From Acidimicrobiales bacterium (lineage in GTDB: Bacteria; Actinomycetota; Acidimicrobiia; Spongiisociales; ZC4RG35): a stretch of 64,000 bases of DNA. The notes under the pieces were generated by a model. It searched no databases. It saw nothing but the letters and a program-made list of their open reading frames with translations, and was not told the DNA's origin. Where the stretch lies: assembly GCA_024103415.1 (NCBI GenBank), contig JAGFIR010000015.1:9261-73260 (forward strand), read 5' to 3'. A program made the position numbers and the translations under genes. The first letter of the stretch is position 1. The number at the start of each line of letters is the position of its first letter. Below, in pieces: positions 28,885 to 38,885 of the stretch.

Positions 28885-29700
28885 ATGAGAATCAGGACAC
28901 CTGGCATCTTCGTGGTCCTCGTCGTGCTCGCCGCCGCCTGCACCACCAACCTGGGCTCCATCGAGGGTCGGTGGGTCCTCGACAGCGGCACGCATCCCGA
29001 CGGGGACATCCCGACCGACATCGGCACCCGACCCACCCTCGTCCTCGAGGGTGAGCGCATCAATGGCCGGTCACACTGCAACACGTTCAGCGGCCGGTAC
29101 CGCGTCAACTCGAGCGGTCGGTTCGAGATCGTCGACGGCCTCGCCGTCACCGAGATGGCGTGTGCCGACTCCGACGCCATGGACGCCGAGATGCGATACC
29201 TCCAATCACTGCAGGCCGCCACCTCGTTCAGCGTGGGCGAGGGGACCCTCACCCTGGAAGGTGCCGGGCACCGTCTCGTCTTCTCGTCCGACACCAGCGA
29301 CCCGACGGCATCCAGCCCGCCGTCCGACGACCCCGACCAGACCGTCACGAACCAGTGGTTCCCGACCGAGACCTACGGGGACTGGGAGTTGGAGCGGGGG
29401 ACCCTCGACGGTGGTGCCATCCCCATCGCCGACAGCCACCCGGTGAAGCTGTCCGTGTCCGAGCAGGGTTTCGGCGGCCAGGTGTGCAACAGCTACGGCT
29501 TCGTCCTCGGCGACGGGGACGACGGATCGTTCCCCGAGATATTCAGCACCATGATGTTGTGCACGCCCGACCGGGTAATGGAGTCGGAGCAGAAGTACCT
29601 GGACGCACTGCGCCGGTTCGAATCCGCCCGGGTCGAGTCGGGCAAGCTCGTCATCGAGGGTGACGGCGTGCAATTGATCTTCCGACCCGCAGGAGGTTGA
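28885..29700 (+). CDS. Lipoprotein with tandem META (HslJ-like) domains
   Basis: Lipobox VLAAAC. Two copies of the META motif (RSHCNTFSGRYRV and GGQVCNSYGFVLG). Confidence 0.6.
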   Translation: MRIRTPGIFVVLVVLAAACTTNLGSIEGRWVLDSGTHPDGDIPTDIGTRPTLVLEGERINGRSHCNTFSGRYRVNSSGRFEIVDGLAVTEMACADSDAMDAEMRYLQSLQAATSFSVGEGTLTLEGAGHRLVFSSDTSDPTASSPPSDDPDQTVTNQWFPTETYGDWELERGTLDGGAIPIADSHPVKLSVSEQGFGGQVCNSYGFVLGDGDDGSFPEIFSTMMLCTPDRVMESEQKYLDALRRFESARVESGKLVIEGDGVQLIFRPAGG

Positions 29701-29701
29701 G

Positions 29702-30148
29702 ATGAAGAGACTCCTGACAGTGGCGGTGGTCGCTGTCATCATCGCCGGGTGCGGCGACGGCGCCACTTCCGGGGCGTCGTCCACCACGACCAGCACGACC
29801 ACGCCATCCAGCACCACGATCGGAACTCCAATGCCCCCCACTGGCGAGACCCTGGCCACCATGATCGAAGAGGCCAAGGCCGACCTGGCGAGCCGGACCG
29901 GTGTCGTTGAGTCCGCCATCGAAGTCGTCAAGGCCGAGGCAGTCACCTGGCCCAACGGCGCCCTGGGTTGCCCAAAGCCCGGGATGTCGTACACCCAGGC
30001 CCTGGTCGACGGCTATCAGGTGGTGCTCATGGCCGATGGCCGGGCCTATGACTACCACGCCGGCCCGGATGGAGAGCCCTTCCTCTGCGCCTCCGACGAG
30101 AAGGACGGCGGACGGGACTTCGTGCCCCCACCCGGGATCGATCGCTAA
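29702..30148 (+). CDS. Small secreted lipoprotein, hypothetical
   Basis: 148 aa. Lipobox IIAGCG, Ser/Thr-rich linker, and two further Cys residues that could form a disulfide. Starts 1 nt after the preceding gene. Confidence 0.5.
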   Translation: MKRLLTVAVVAVIIAGCGDGATSGASSTTTSTTTPSSTTIGTPMPPTGETLATMIEEAKADLASRTGVVESAIEVVKAEAVTWPNGALGCPKPGMSYTQALVDGYQVVLMADGRAYDYHAGPDGEPFLCASDEKDGGRDFVPPPGIDR

Positions 30149-30157
30149 GCAACGAGT

Positions 30158-30186
30158 GAGGGGCGCCCTTTTTCGGGGCGCCCCTC
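30158..30186. terminator. Bidirectional intrinsic terminator hairpin (GAGGGGCGCCC-TTTTTCG-GGGCGCCCCTC)
   Basis: 11-bp GC stem with a T-rich loop, between the convergent lipoprotein and S8 peptidase genes. Confidence 0.7.
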
Positions 30187-30206
30187 TCGCATCGATTCGC
30201 TGCAGA

Positions 30207-33164
30207 CTAGTTGCGGATCGTGATCAGGGTCCGGCCGAGTGTGCTGGAGCCGTCTCCGTAGAGAAGGACACCCAGTTCCTCTTCACCGGCACCCGACCAG
30301 GAGATCCCTACGGTCGCCGTCGACCCCGCCGTCACCGACGTGGGAGCCGAGTCGACCTGGAGAGACCCACCGGTCGAACCGCTCACGTCCCACAGGTGGT
30401 AGGTGTAGCCAACCGATCCGCCAGGGACCTGCCATCCGTGGACATGCAACGTGTAGTCGCCGTCCGCCGGGTCGACCAGGTCGATCTCCTCTTCGGTACC
30501 CGGTGCGGTGCTCGATGCGACCACGCTGCCACCACGACACAGATAGAGGTCGAGGTCGACATTTGCCGGGGCGGCGAGGTCATCGGCCGTCAGTCGGATC
30601 TTCAGGTGCGACGACCCGGTCAGGCTGAACGGGTGCTGGATCACACCATCGCTCGCCCCACAACCGGGGAAGTCCTGATCCGGGTCTTGGGTCACCGTGT
30701 CGGATCCGCCGGTGTCGGCGGCCAGCCCGACCGGGGTGACCTCGAACGGGCCGTTGTACCCGATGGAGATCGCGACCTCACCAGAACCGCTCGCGCCGCT
30801 GAACTCGGCCTCGGCGGGAGCCGCCAGGGCCACGCCGCGCACGGCGATCGGGCTGCGCACCGAGTAGTTCCCGGTGTTGTCGGTCCAGGTGAGCGAACCG
30901 AACCTCCACTGCCCGATGGGGGCACCGGTGTTCGTGATCGTCACCTCGAAGGTGGCCGACTGACCCGGCTTGAGCTTGAGGCTGGACGGCGACACCGTGA
31001 CCGAGTAGCCGTCAGGCGCCTCGATCTGCGGGGTGTACGTCCTCCACCCGTTCTCCGACGCCACGCTGGTCACCGTCCGGGTGACGGTGATGCTGCCCGG
31101 CAACTCATCCACACCGATCGACGGGTAGTTGAGGTTGTGGGCCTCGGTGGCGAATCCGGCGGCCTCGAGGGCTCCGCAGGTCGCGGCCGGGTTGACGAAC
31201 ACCTCGGGCGCTGCGTCACACAGGAACCCGAAGTAGTCGTCGAAGGTCGCGTCGTAGACCAGACCCGGCTGGAACATCGACCCCTTCTGGTTGGCCCGTC
31301 CTGGATCGACCATGCCCGATCCCTGCTCGAACGGGTTCGCGGTCGTGGACCGGTCGTTGTCGAGCACATCCGGATCGGCCGTGGTCATCATGGCCGAGCG
31401 GGCCATTGCCGGCGTCCAGTCGGGATGTGCCTGCTTGAGCAGAGCGAACAAGCCTGCGACATGGGGGCTGGCCATCGACGTGCCCGCGATCGCGGCGAAG
31501 AGACCGCCGTCGGGGTCGGCGACCGGCGAGTAGCCGGCCAGGATCTGGTGACCGGGGGCGGTCACGTCGGGCTTGATGATGTCCCCGAACACGTTGGGAC
31601 CGCGTGACGAGTAACTCGTCATCGACGGTGCGTACGGCCACTCCGACACCTGGCCGGTGTCGAAGATGCGGGCCGTGGCGTTGTCGCCCTCGGCGTCGAT
31701 GTAGGCCTTGATCTCCAGGCCCGGCGTGTTGTCGACATGCACGCTCGGAACGAAGTGGCTGTCCGTGAACAGGTCACCCGAGTCGTCGTTCTCGTACATG
31801 ATCATTCCGACGCCACCGGCCTCGAGAACGGCCTGGCTCTTGGCCACACGGGCGATCACCCCGCGTCGGCAGAGCACGATGGCTCCGGCCACCACGTCGG
31901 GGTCGAGATTGCCCGGGTTGCACAGGTCGTCACCCGCGTCCTCCGCGTCCACGAGGGGCGCGACGTCGGTGCCCTGCGTGATGGAGGCGCCTTCGTAGAC
32001 CGCTCCGTTGCCGAGCTCCACCTTGCCCGCGATGAAGCGAGTCTGGGTATTGGCACCGACGGTGGTCAGCCAGGGCACCTTGGCCGGGTTGCGGACCGTG
32101 TTCGAACCGGGGCCGGAGTTCCCGGCCGAGGTCGCCACGTGCACCCCTGCGTCGGCGGCGAACAGGAACGCGATCTCGTCGGCGGTGACGGCGGTCTGGG
32201 AGCCACCGACCGAGTAGTTGATCACGTCCACGCCGTCGGCCACTGCCTGGTCGATGGCGGCCGCCAGGTCGGAGGAGAACCCTCCGAGAGTGCCCAGGCC
32301 CTTGTAGGCGATGATGTGGGCATCGGGAGCGATGCCGCTGATCTTGCCGAAGTCATGGCCGAGAACGGAGGCCTCCACGTTGCGTCGCCCGGCAGCGGTG
32401 CTGGCCGTGTGGGTGCCGTGCCCGTTGTCGTCACGGGCCGAGTCGAACTCGAACGGCTCCGCCCCGAACACGGACCGGTAGGTGGCGAGCATCTGCCGGG
32501 CACCGATGAGCTTGTTGTTGCACTCGAACGGTGCATCCAGGGGGTTGTGGGCGGTGTTGCCGAACTCGCACGGCAGACCCGGGATCGGCGACGCGGGCAT
32601 TCCCTGGTCACCGAAGCTCGGATGCTCCGGCCAGATGCCGGAGTCGATCACGCCGATCACGACTCCCTTGCCCGTGGCGCCGGTCGGCGGGCCGCCTCCC
32701 GGTCCGGGGTTGAGCCCGATGAATGCCGGGCTGGAGTCGGTGTCGGGCTGCAACAGCTCGTCCGGGAGCACCATCGCCACCTCGGGATGGGCCGCCAGCT
32801 TCACCGCATCCTGATAGCCGATGCGTGCCGCGAACCCGTTGAGGGCGTTGGTGTACTCGGTGGTGATGCGGTCGGGCGAGAGGCCCACGTCGCGCATCGT
32901 CCTGGCGTGTTGGGCCTTCATCTGCTGGCCACGGTTCCTCGTCCGTTGGGTGCGCAGATTGTCCTGGCCCTCCGTGACGATGAGCGGATCCGTCTTCATC
33001 ACCACGACATAGCTGTCGTACTTCCCTCGCAGCACCTCGGGTGCCGGTGGGCCACCATCGGAGCCGGATCCCTCCGGAGCGGCTCCTGACGGTATGGCCG
33101 TCACCAATGCGAGGGAGAGCGCGGTGAGCAGAACCACGAGCTTTCGCTTGCGGGGTGTCCTCAT
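30207..33164 (-). CDS. Secreted subtilisin-like serine peptidase (S8) with PA-domain insert and C-terminal beta-sandwich domains
   Basis: 985 aa from MRTPRKRKLVVLLTALSLALVTAIPSGAA (signal peptide). Catalytic triad D (VIGVIDSGI), H (HGTHTAST), S (GTSMASPHVAG). The six-frame ORF extending to 35042 is antisense to ppdK and was rejected. Confidence 0.85.
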   Translation of the reverse strand: MRTPRKRKLVVLLTALSLALVTAIPSGAAPEGSGSDGGPPAPEVLRGKYDSYVVVMKTDPLIVTEGQDNLRTQRTRNRGQQMKAQHARTMRDVGLSPDRITTEYTNALNGFAARIGYQDAVKLAAHPEVAMVLPDELLQPDTDSSPAFIGLNPGPGGGPPTGATGKGVVIGVIDSGIWPEHPSFGDQGMPASPIPGLPCEFGNTAHNPLDAPFECNNKLIGARQMLATYRSVFGAEPFEFDSARDDNGHGTHTASTAAGRRNVEASVLGHDFGKISGIAPDAHIIAYKGLGTLGGFSSDLAAAIDQAVADGVDVINYSVGGSQTAVTADEIAFLFAADAGVHVATSAGNSGPGSNTVRNPAKVPWLTTVGANTQTRFIAGKVELGNGAVYEGASITQGTDVAPLVDAEDAGDDLCNPGNLDPDVVAGAIVLCRRGVIARVAKSQAVLEAGGVGMIMYENDDSGDLFTDSHFVPSVHVDNTPGLEIKAYIDAEGDNATARIFDTGQVSEWPYAPSMTSYSSRGPNVFGDIIKPDVTAPGHQILAGYSPVADPDGGLFAAIAGTSMASPHVAGLFALLKQAHPDWTPAMARSAMMTTADPDVLDNDRSTTANPFEQGSGMVDPGRANQKGSMFQPGLVYDATFDDYFGFLCDAAPEVFVNPAATCGALEAAGFATEAHNLNYPSIGVDELPGSITVTRTVTSVASENGWRTYTPQIEAPDGYSVTVSPSSLKLKPGQSATFEVTITNTGAPIGQWRFGSLTWTDNTGNYSVRSPIAVRGVALAAPAEAEFSGASGSGEVAISIGYNGPFEVTPVGLAADTGGSDTVTQDPDQDFPGCGASDGVIQHPFSLTGSSHLKIRLTADDLAAPANVDLDLYLCRGGSVVASSTAPGTEEEIDLVDPADGDYTLHVHGWQVPGGSVGYTYHLWDVSGSTGGSLQVDSAPTSVTAGSTATVGISWSGAGEEELGVLLYGDGSSTLGRTLITIRN

Positions 33165-33362
33165 CCTTCCTCTCCTTCTCCCCCGGTTCTCCCGGGATCG
33201 ACCTCCCCGCACGCCCCGTGCGGGGCCGGACACTACCCGACGGATCGCCCGCGCATTCGATGAGATCGAGGAGACCCGACACAGGAAAAGGGGAGTCATT
33301 CCCCGTCCGGAGGGACCATCGGCCCTGACTACGCCCCCGGTGCCTGTGGGTAACCTTGCCCC

Positions 33363-36005
33363 GTGCCACACCTCTACGACTTCGACCAAGGCGATTGGAC
33401 CGACCGGGGTCTGTTGGGCGGGAAGGGCGCCGGTCTCGCCGAGATGACCCACCTCGGGCTCCCGGTTCCCCCGGGATTCACCATCACCACCGAGGTGTGT
33501 CGTCATGCCATGAAGACCGGCGAGCTTCCCGCGGACCTCTGGGACGAGGTGGACGCCGCCGTATCCAGGCTCGAGGAGAAGAGCGGTCGATCTTTCGGTG
33601 GAGGAGGGGAAGCACCCCTCCTCTTGTCCGTGCGGTCGGGCGCCAAGTTCTCCATGCCCGGGATGATGGACACCGTCCTCAACATCGGGGTCAACGACGA
33701 GGTCGTCGAAGAGCTCATTGCCTGGTCGGGCGACCCCCACTTCGCCTGGGACGTCTACCGGCGCTTCATCCAGATGTACGGCGACGTGGTCCTCGGGATC
33801 GAGGAGAGCCGCTTCCAAGGTGTCCTCACCATGCTGCGGGCCCGGTCCGGCGTGCAGAGCGACGCCGACCTCAGCGCGGCCGATCTGCAGCGGGCCACGT
33901 ACGAGTTCAAGGCCATCGTCGAGGAGCATCGGCCGGGCCAGCTCCCCTCGGACCCGACGGAGCAGTTGCGCGGTGCTGTCGAGGCCGTCTTCAAGTCGTG
34001 GACCAACAAGCGGGCCATCGACTACCGACGAATCCACGACATCCCCGACGACCTCGGAACGGCCGCCAACGTCCAGATGATGGTGTTCGGCGACCTGGGC
34101 GAGGACTCCGGCACGGGTGTCTGCTTCACCCGCGACCCCTCGAGCGGGGCCCGCGTCTACTACGGCGACTACCTCCCGCGGGCCCAGGGCGAGGACGTCG
34201 TCTCGGGTGCTCGCAACACCCTCAGCCTCGACGCCCTGAAGGACCTCCACCCCGACTGCCACGCCGAGCTGATCGGCTACATGGACCGGCTCGAAGAGAA
34301 CTACCGGGACATGATGGACATCGAGTTCACCATCGAGAAGGGCAAGCTCTTCATCCTCCAGTCCCGGGTGGGGAAGAGGACGCCGGCTGCGGCCGTGCGT
34401 ATCGCTGTGGCCATCGCCAACGAGGGGACCATCTCCAAGGAGGAGGCCCTGCTCCGGGTCGATCCCGAGACCCTCGAACAGCTGCACCGTCCACGCGTCT
34501 CCCCCGATACCGACGCCGTCCCGATCGCGACCGGGGTCGATGCCTCGCCGGGAGCGGCTGTGGGCCAGATCTGCTTCAGCTCGGACGATGCGGTCCGGAT
34601 CGCCGCCGAGGGCAAAGACGTGATCCTGGTCCGGCCCGAGACCACCCCGGACGACATCCATGGCATGGCCGCCGCCGTCGGCATCCTCACCAGCCAGGGT
34701 GGGAAGACCTCGCATGCGGCGGTCGTGGCCAGGGGCATGGGCAAGCCCGCCGTGACCGGCGCCGCCGCACTCACCGTCGACCCGGAGGGTGGCGTCGTTC
34801 TCGTCGCCGGAAGGGAGCTCCGGGCCGGTGACACGATCACGCTCGACGGCACCGCCGGCAAGGTCTACGTGGGCGAAGTCGACCTGGTGGCGCCCGAGCC
34901 GCTTCCGGAGCTGCTCACCCTGTTGGAGTGGGCGGACGAGGTCAGGCAGTTGGGCGTGCGGGCCAACGCCGACACGCCAGAGGACGCCGCCGAGGCCCGG
35001 AAGCGCGGTGCGCAGGGCATCGGGCTCGCCCGCACCGAGCACATGTTCATGGGCGAGCGGCTTCAGATCGTGCAGCGGGTCATCCTCGCCAGGTCACCTG
35101 TCGAGCGACAACGTGCCCTCGAGCAGTTGGAGACCCAGCAGGTCGATGACTTCGAGGCGATCCTCGAGGCGATGGACGGCCTCCCCGTCGTCGTCCGGCT
35201 CCTCGACCCTCCCCTCCACGAGTTCCTGCCGTCCCGTCTCGAGCTGGAGCAGGAAGCGCTCCGACGGGTCCGGTCCGGGCGGCCCATCGACGAGCTCAGG
35301 GACATGTCGGACCAGGTGGCCCGATGGGAGGAGGACAACCCGATGCTGGGCCTGCGCGGGGTACGACTCGGCCTGGTCCTCCCCGACCTGTACCGCATGC
35401 AGGCGAGGGCGGCGATCAACGCCATTTGTCGTCGTCTCGACGCCGGCGGGAACCCCCACCTGGAGATCATGATCCCCCTCGTCTCCACGGTGGAGGAGCT
35501 GAGGCGGATGCGGGCGATGATCGAGAAGGAGATCGTCGAGGCCAGGGAGCGCACGGGCCACGACCTCGAGGTCCCCATCGGGACCATGATCGAGCTGCCC
35601 CGGGCGGCGCTCACCGCCGACGAGATCGCATCCGTTGCCGACTTCTTCAGCTTCGGCACCAACGACCTGACCCAGATGACCTACGGTCTGAGCCGGGACG
35701 ACGCCGAGCGCCTCTTCCTCCACCAGTACGTGGAGGAGGGGATCCTGAAGGCCGACCCCTTCCAGACGATCGACCGTCAGGGAGTGGGCCGTCTCGTCGA
35801 GGTGGCGTGCAAGGAGGGAAGGGCTGCCAACCCCGACCTACAGTTGGGCGTCTGTGGCGAGCACGGTGGCGACGCAAGATCCATCGAGTTCTTCTCGGAG
35901 GTCGGGCTGGACTACGTGTCCTGCAGCACCTTCCGGGTGGAAGGCGCCCGTCTGGCCGCTGCCCAGGTGGCGATCCGGGGCGTGGAGACGAGCGACACCC
36001 GCTAG
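33363..36005 (+). CDS. ppdK: Pyruvate, phosphate dikinase
   Basis: 880 aa. MPHLYDFDQGD..., catalytic His region GGKTSHAAVVARGMGKP, PEP-utilizing C-terminal TIM barrel. Confidence 0.9.
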   Translation: MPHLYDFDQGDWTDRGLLGGKGAGLAEMTHLGLPVPPGFTITTEVCRHAMKTGELPADLWDEVDAAVSRLEEKSGRSFGGGGEAPLLLSVRSGAKFSMPGMMDTVLNIGVNDEVVEELIAWSGDPHFAWDVYRRFIQMYGDVVLGIEESRFQGVLTMLRARSGVQSDADLSAADLQRATYEFKAIVEEHRPGQLPSDPTEQLRGAVEAVFKSWTNKRAIDYRRIHDIPDDLGTAANVQMMVFGDLGEDSGTGVCFTRDPSSGARVYYGDYLPRAQGEDVVSGARNTLSLDALKDLHPDCHAELIGYMDRLEENYRDMMDIEFTIEKGKLFILQSRVGKRTPAAAVRIAVAIANEGTISKEEALLRVDPETLEQLHRPRVSPDTDAVPIATGVDASPGAAVGQICFSSDDAVRIAAEGKDVILVRPETTPDDIHGMAAAVGILTSQGGKTSHAAVVARGMGKPAVTGAAALTVDPEGGVVLVAGRELRAGDTITLDGTAGKVYVGEVDLVAPEPLPELLTLLEWADEVRQLGVRANADTPEDAAEARKRGAQGIGLARTEHMFMGERLQIVQRVILARSPVERQRALEQLETQQVDDFEAILEAMDGLPVVVRLLDPPLHEFLPSRLELEQEALRRVRSGRPIDELRDMSDQVARWEEDNPMLGLRGVRLGLVLPDLYRMQARAAINAICRRLDAGGNPHLEIMIPLVSTVEELRRMRAMIEKEIVEARERTGHDLEVPIGTMIELPRAALTADEIASVADFFSFGTNDLTQMTYGLSRDDAERLFLHQYVEEGILKADPFQTIDRQGVGRLVEVACKEGRAANPDLQLGVCGEHGGDARSIEFFSEVGLDYVSCSTFRVEGARLAAAQVAIRGVETSDTR

Positions 36006-36688
36006 AGCCGGCCGACGAGCTCGGCCACACCCTCACCCGTTGCGGCGCTGGTCATGACGACCTCAAAACCGTGGTCCTCGGCTGCCGACGCCAGGGCTCG
36101 CCTCACCTCCTCGGCACCCGGGCGATCGGCCTTGTTGATGGCGACTAAGTCCACGATCTCGAGGATCCCGGCCTTGTCGGCCTGCACGTCGTCCCCCCAG
36201 GCCGGCGTGAGCACGAGCACGACCACGTCGGCGATGTTCATCACGTCCACCTCCGACTGACCGACACCCACGGTCTCCACGATGAGTCGTTCGAGCCCGG
36301 CCAGGGCCATGAGGTCCAGTGCCGTCGCCGCCGCCGGCGCCAGGCCGCCCATTTGCCCCCGGTTGGCCATGGACCTGATGTAGACGCCCGGGTCACCGGT
36401 GTGGTCCTGCATCCGGATGCGGTCCCCGAGGATCGCTCCCCCGGTCTTGGGGCTGGACGGATCCACGGCGAGAACGCCGACGGTCTCACCTCGCTCCCGA
36501 AAGACCCGGACGATGGAGTCGACCAGGGTCGACTTGCCCGCTCCCGGGGGACCGGTGATCCCGATGACGCGATGCTCGGGCACCTCCGTGGCGTCGATGG
36601 TCTCCCCGGCCTCGGCCATCGTGATGGCCCGGGCCAGGGCGCGACGATCACCGGACCTGACGGATTCGATGAGACCGGCGTCGATCAT
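36002..36688 (-). CDS. MeaB/ArgK-like G3E-family GTPase, short form lacking the C-terminal dimerisation arm
   Basis: P-loop GITGPPGAGKSTLV and MeaB signature AVDPSSPKTGGAILGDRIRM; NKAD box. About 228 aa versus about 320 for canonical MeaB. The stop overlaps the ppdK stop by 4 nt (convergent). Confidence 0.6.
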   Translation of the reverse strand: MIDAGLIESVRSGDRRALARAITMAEAGETIDATEVPEHRVIGITGPPGAGKSTLVDSIVRVFRERGETVGVLAVDPSSPKTGGAILGDRIRMQDHTGDPGVYIRSMANRGQMGGLAPAAATALDLMALAGLERLIVETVGVGQSEVDVMNIADVVVLVLTPAWGDDVQADKAGILEIVDLVAINKADRPGAEEVRRALASAAEDHGFEVVMTSAATGEGVAELVGRL

Positions 36689-36710
36689 CGGCAGGAGCCT
36701 AAGCCCCTGG

Positions 36711-37040
36711 TCAGAAGGAGGGCAGTTGGATGCCGGAGCCGGCCTCTTCGAGTGTGGAAGGGCCGTCGGCGGTGGCGACCACCTCGGTGACGCCCGGGAC
36801 ACGGTCCGTGAGGATCCGCTCGATACCGGCCTTGAGGGTCATCATCGACAGCGGGCAGCCGCCGCAGGCGCCGACCATCTCGATCTCGACCCGGCCGTCG
36901 TCGACACCGCGCAGCACGATGTCTCCCCCGTCGGCCTGGACGGCAGGTCGGATGTACTCGATGGCGGCTTCGAGCGCCTCGAGATCGACCTCCCCGGCCT
37001 CCTGGGTCGTGGAGATGGAGACAGGCGTTGGCTGTGTCAT
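36711..37040 (-). CDS. NifU-like (Nfu C-terminal domain) Fe-S cluster carrier protein
   Basis: 109 aa. LEALEAAIEYIRPAVQADGGDIVLRGVDDGRVEIEMVGACGGCPLS with the CxxC motif. Confidence 0.75.
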   Translation of the reverse strand: MTQPTPVSISTTQEAGEVDLEALEAAIEYIRPAVQADGGDIVLRGVDDGRVEIEMVGACGGCPLSMMTLKAGIERILTDRVPGVTEVVATADGPSTLEEAGSGIQLPSF

Positions 37041-37080
37041 GTCTTGTTGAACCTCGGCATCGGGTCTTGTGTTCCCGATC

Positions 37081-38370
37081 CTAGGGGCGCCCGGGGGGTG
37101 TCGAATCCGCAACGGAGCGCTCGATGGAGGCGCCGAGGGACGCCAGCCGCCCCGCAAAGTCCTCGTAGCCACGATCGATGTGATGGATCTCCCCGACCTC
37201 GGTGACGCCTTCGGCGCGCAAGCCTGCGATGACCAGGGCGGCGCCGGCGCGGATGTCGGGGGCGAGAACGGGACATCCCTGGAGCTGATCGACCCCCCGT
37301 ATCACCGCGTGCGGACCTTCCACCGAGATGTCGGCGCCCATCCGGGCCAGTTCGCCGACGTATCTGAATCGGGCGTCGTACAGGTTCTCGGTGATCACCG
37401 AGACACCGGAAGCGACGCTGAGGAAGGCGACCATCTGCGGGTGCATGTCGGTGTGGAAGCCCGGATAGGGCAGTGTGGCGAAGTCGACGGGAGCCGGGCG
37501 AGGTGGCCCCTCGATGCGGAACCAGTCCTCTCCCCTCTCCACCTGGCAACCGCTGTCCTCCAGCTTCCGCAGCTCCATGCGCAGATGGGCCGGGCGGCAG
37601 TCGGTGATGGTCACCTCGCCGCCGGTGATGGCGGCCGCGACCGCATAGGTGCCGGCCTCGAGACGATCGGGGATGACGTCGTGCTCCACCGGATGGAGCC
37701 GCTCCACCCCTTCGATCGTGACCAGTGACGTCCCCCCACCGGTGATGTTGGCGCCCATCGAGTTGAGCAGATCGATCAGATCCTCGATCTCGGGCTCCCG
37801 GGCCGCGTTGACCACCGTGGTCCGACCCTCGGCGAGGACCCCGGCGAACAGGAGGTTCTCGGTGGCGCCGACCGAAGGGAACGGCAGCTCGACCTCGGCT
37901 CCCCGCATCCGGCCGTCGACCCGACCGACGAGCTCGCCGTGCACCAGGTCGAACTCTGCGCCCATCGCCTCCAGGCCGTCCAGATGCCATTCGATGGGCC
38001 GGGCGCCCAGATCGTCCCCGCCCGGGAGGGCGATGCGTGCCTCGCCGCAGCGGGAGAGCAGCGGCCCCAGCGCGACGATCGACGCCCGCATCTTCCGCAC
38101 CAGCTCGATCGGGGTCACCGGGTCGACCTGATCGGGGACCTCGGTCCACAGCTCGTGGTCACCGAACTCGACGACGCACCCGGTGTGACGCAGCACGTCG
38201 GCCATGAGGTCGACGTCGAGGATCCGGGGGACGTTGGTGAGCCGGTGGCGTCCGGGGGCGAGCAGGGCGGCCACCATCTCCTTCAGCACGGCGTTCTTGG
38301 CGCCCCGGACCCCGAGTGTCCCGGAGAGGACGCGACCCCCCTCAACGGTGATGGTGGGCATCGTCGCCAA
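37081..38370 (-). CDS. murA: UDP-N-acetylglucosamine 1-carboxyvinyltransferase
   Basis: 429 aa. EPSP-synthase fold; [17 protein letters not shown]-terminus and the active-site Cys/Asp region conserved. Confidence 0.9.
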   Translation of the reverse strand: MATMPTITVEGGRVLSGTLGVRGAKNAVLKEMVAALLAPGRHRLTNVPRILDVDLMADVLRHTGCVVEFGDHELWTEVPDQVDPVTPIELVRKMRASIVALGPLLSRCGEARIALPGGDDLGARPIEWHLDGLEAMGAEFDLVHGELVGRVDGRMRGAEVELPFPSVGATENLLFAGVLAEGRTTVVNAAREPEIEDLIDLLNSMGANITGGGTSLVTIEGVERLHPVEHDVIPDRLEAGTYAVAAAITGGEVTITDCRPAHLRMELRKLEDSGCQVERGEDWFRIEGPPRPAPVDFATLPYPGFHTDMHPQMVAFLSVASGVSVITENLYDARFRYVGELARMGADISVEGPHAVIRGVDQLQGCPVLAPDIRAGAALVIAGLRAEGVTEVGEIHHIDRGYEDFAGRLASLGASIERSVADSTPPGRP

Positions 38371-38440
38371 TGTAGTTGTGGGCCCGGTCGCAGCCGCGAT
38401 GGCGGTCTCGGGGACGGTCGATGGCTACCCTGCCGTGGCC

Positions 38441-38881
38441 ATGCGAATTGCTCTCGGGTCGGATCACGCCGGCTACTCGATGAAAGAACACCTCGCGGCG
38501 TGGCTCGCCGAATCCGGCCACGCGGTCTACGACCTGGGGACCCATTCCGAGGATCCGGTCGACTATCCCGACTATGCGGCGTCGGTGGCGAGGGCCGTCC
38601 TCGACGGGCGCGCCGACCGGGGCATCATCGTGTGCGGCTCCGGGGCCGGGGCCTGCATCGCCGCCAACAAGCTGGTCGGCATCCGCGCCGGCGTGGCCCA
38701 CGACGCGTACACGGCGCGTCAGATGGTGGAGCACGACGACGTCAACGTCCTCTGTCTCGGGTCCCGCGTCATCGGCCCGGCGCTCGCCGAGGATCTCGTC
38801 AAGACGTTCCTCGAGGCGAGGTTCACCCGGGACGACCGCCACGTGCGCCGTCTCGAGAAGATACGGGCCCTCGAGCAGTAG
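38441..38881 (+). CDS. rpiB: Ribose-5-phosphate isomerase B
   Basis: 146 aa. [12 protein letters not shown]...[16 protein letters not shown]. The catalytic Cys-containing motif of RpiB/LacAB. Confidence 0.85.
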   Translation: MRIALGSDHAGYSMKEHLAAWLAESGHAVYDLGTHSEDPVDYPDYAASVARAVLDGRADRGIIVCGSGAGACIAANKLVGIRAGVAHDAYTARQMVEHDDVNVLCLGSRVIGPALAEDLVKTFLEARFTRDDRHVRRLEKIRALEQ

Positions 38882-38885
38882 GGCC

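Noticed and set aside
30207-35042. 1611-aa open reading frame on the minus strand
   Set aside because: Only 30207-33164 is a real gene, the S8 peptidase, which has a clear signal-peptide start at MRTPRKRK. The portion from 33165 to 35042 is the antisense shadow of the well-supported ppdK gene on the plus strand.
36002-36802. Longer 266-aa version of the MeaB-like gene starting at 36802
   Set aside because: The extra N-terminal 38 aa are Pro/Ser-rich low complexity and overlap the NifU-like gene. The internal ATG at 36688 gives a coherent G3E GTPase N-terminus.
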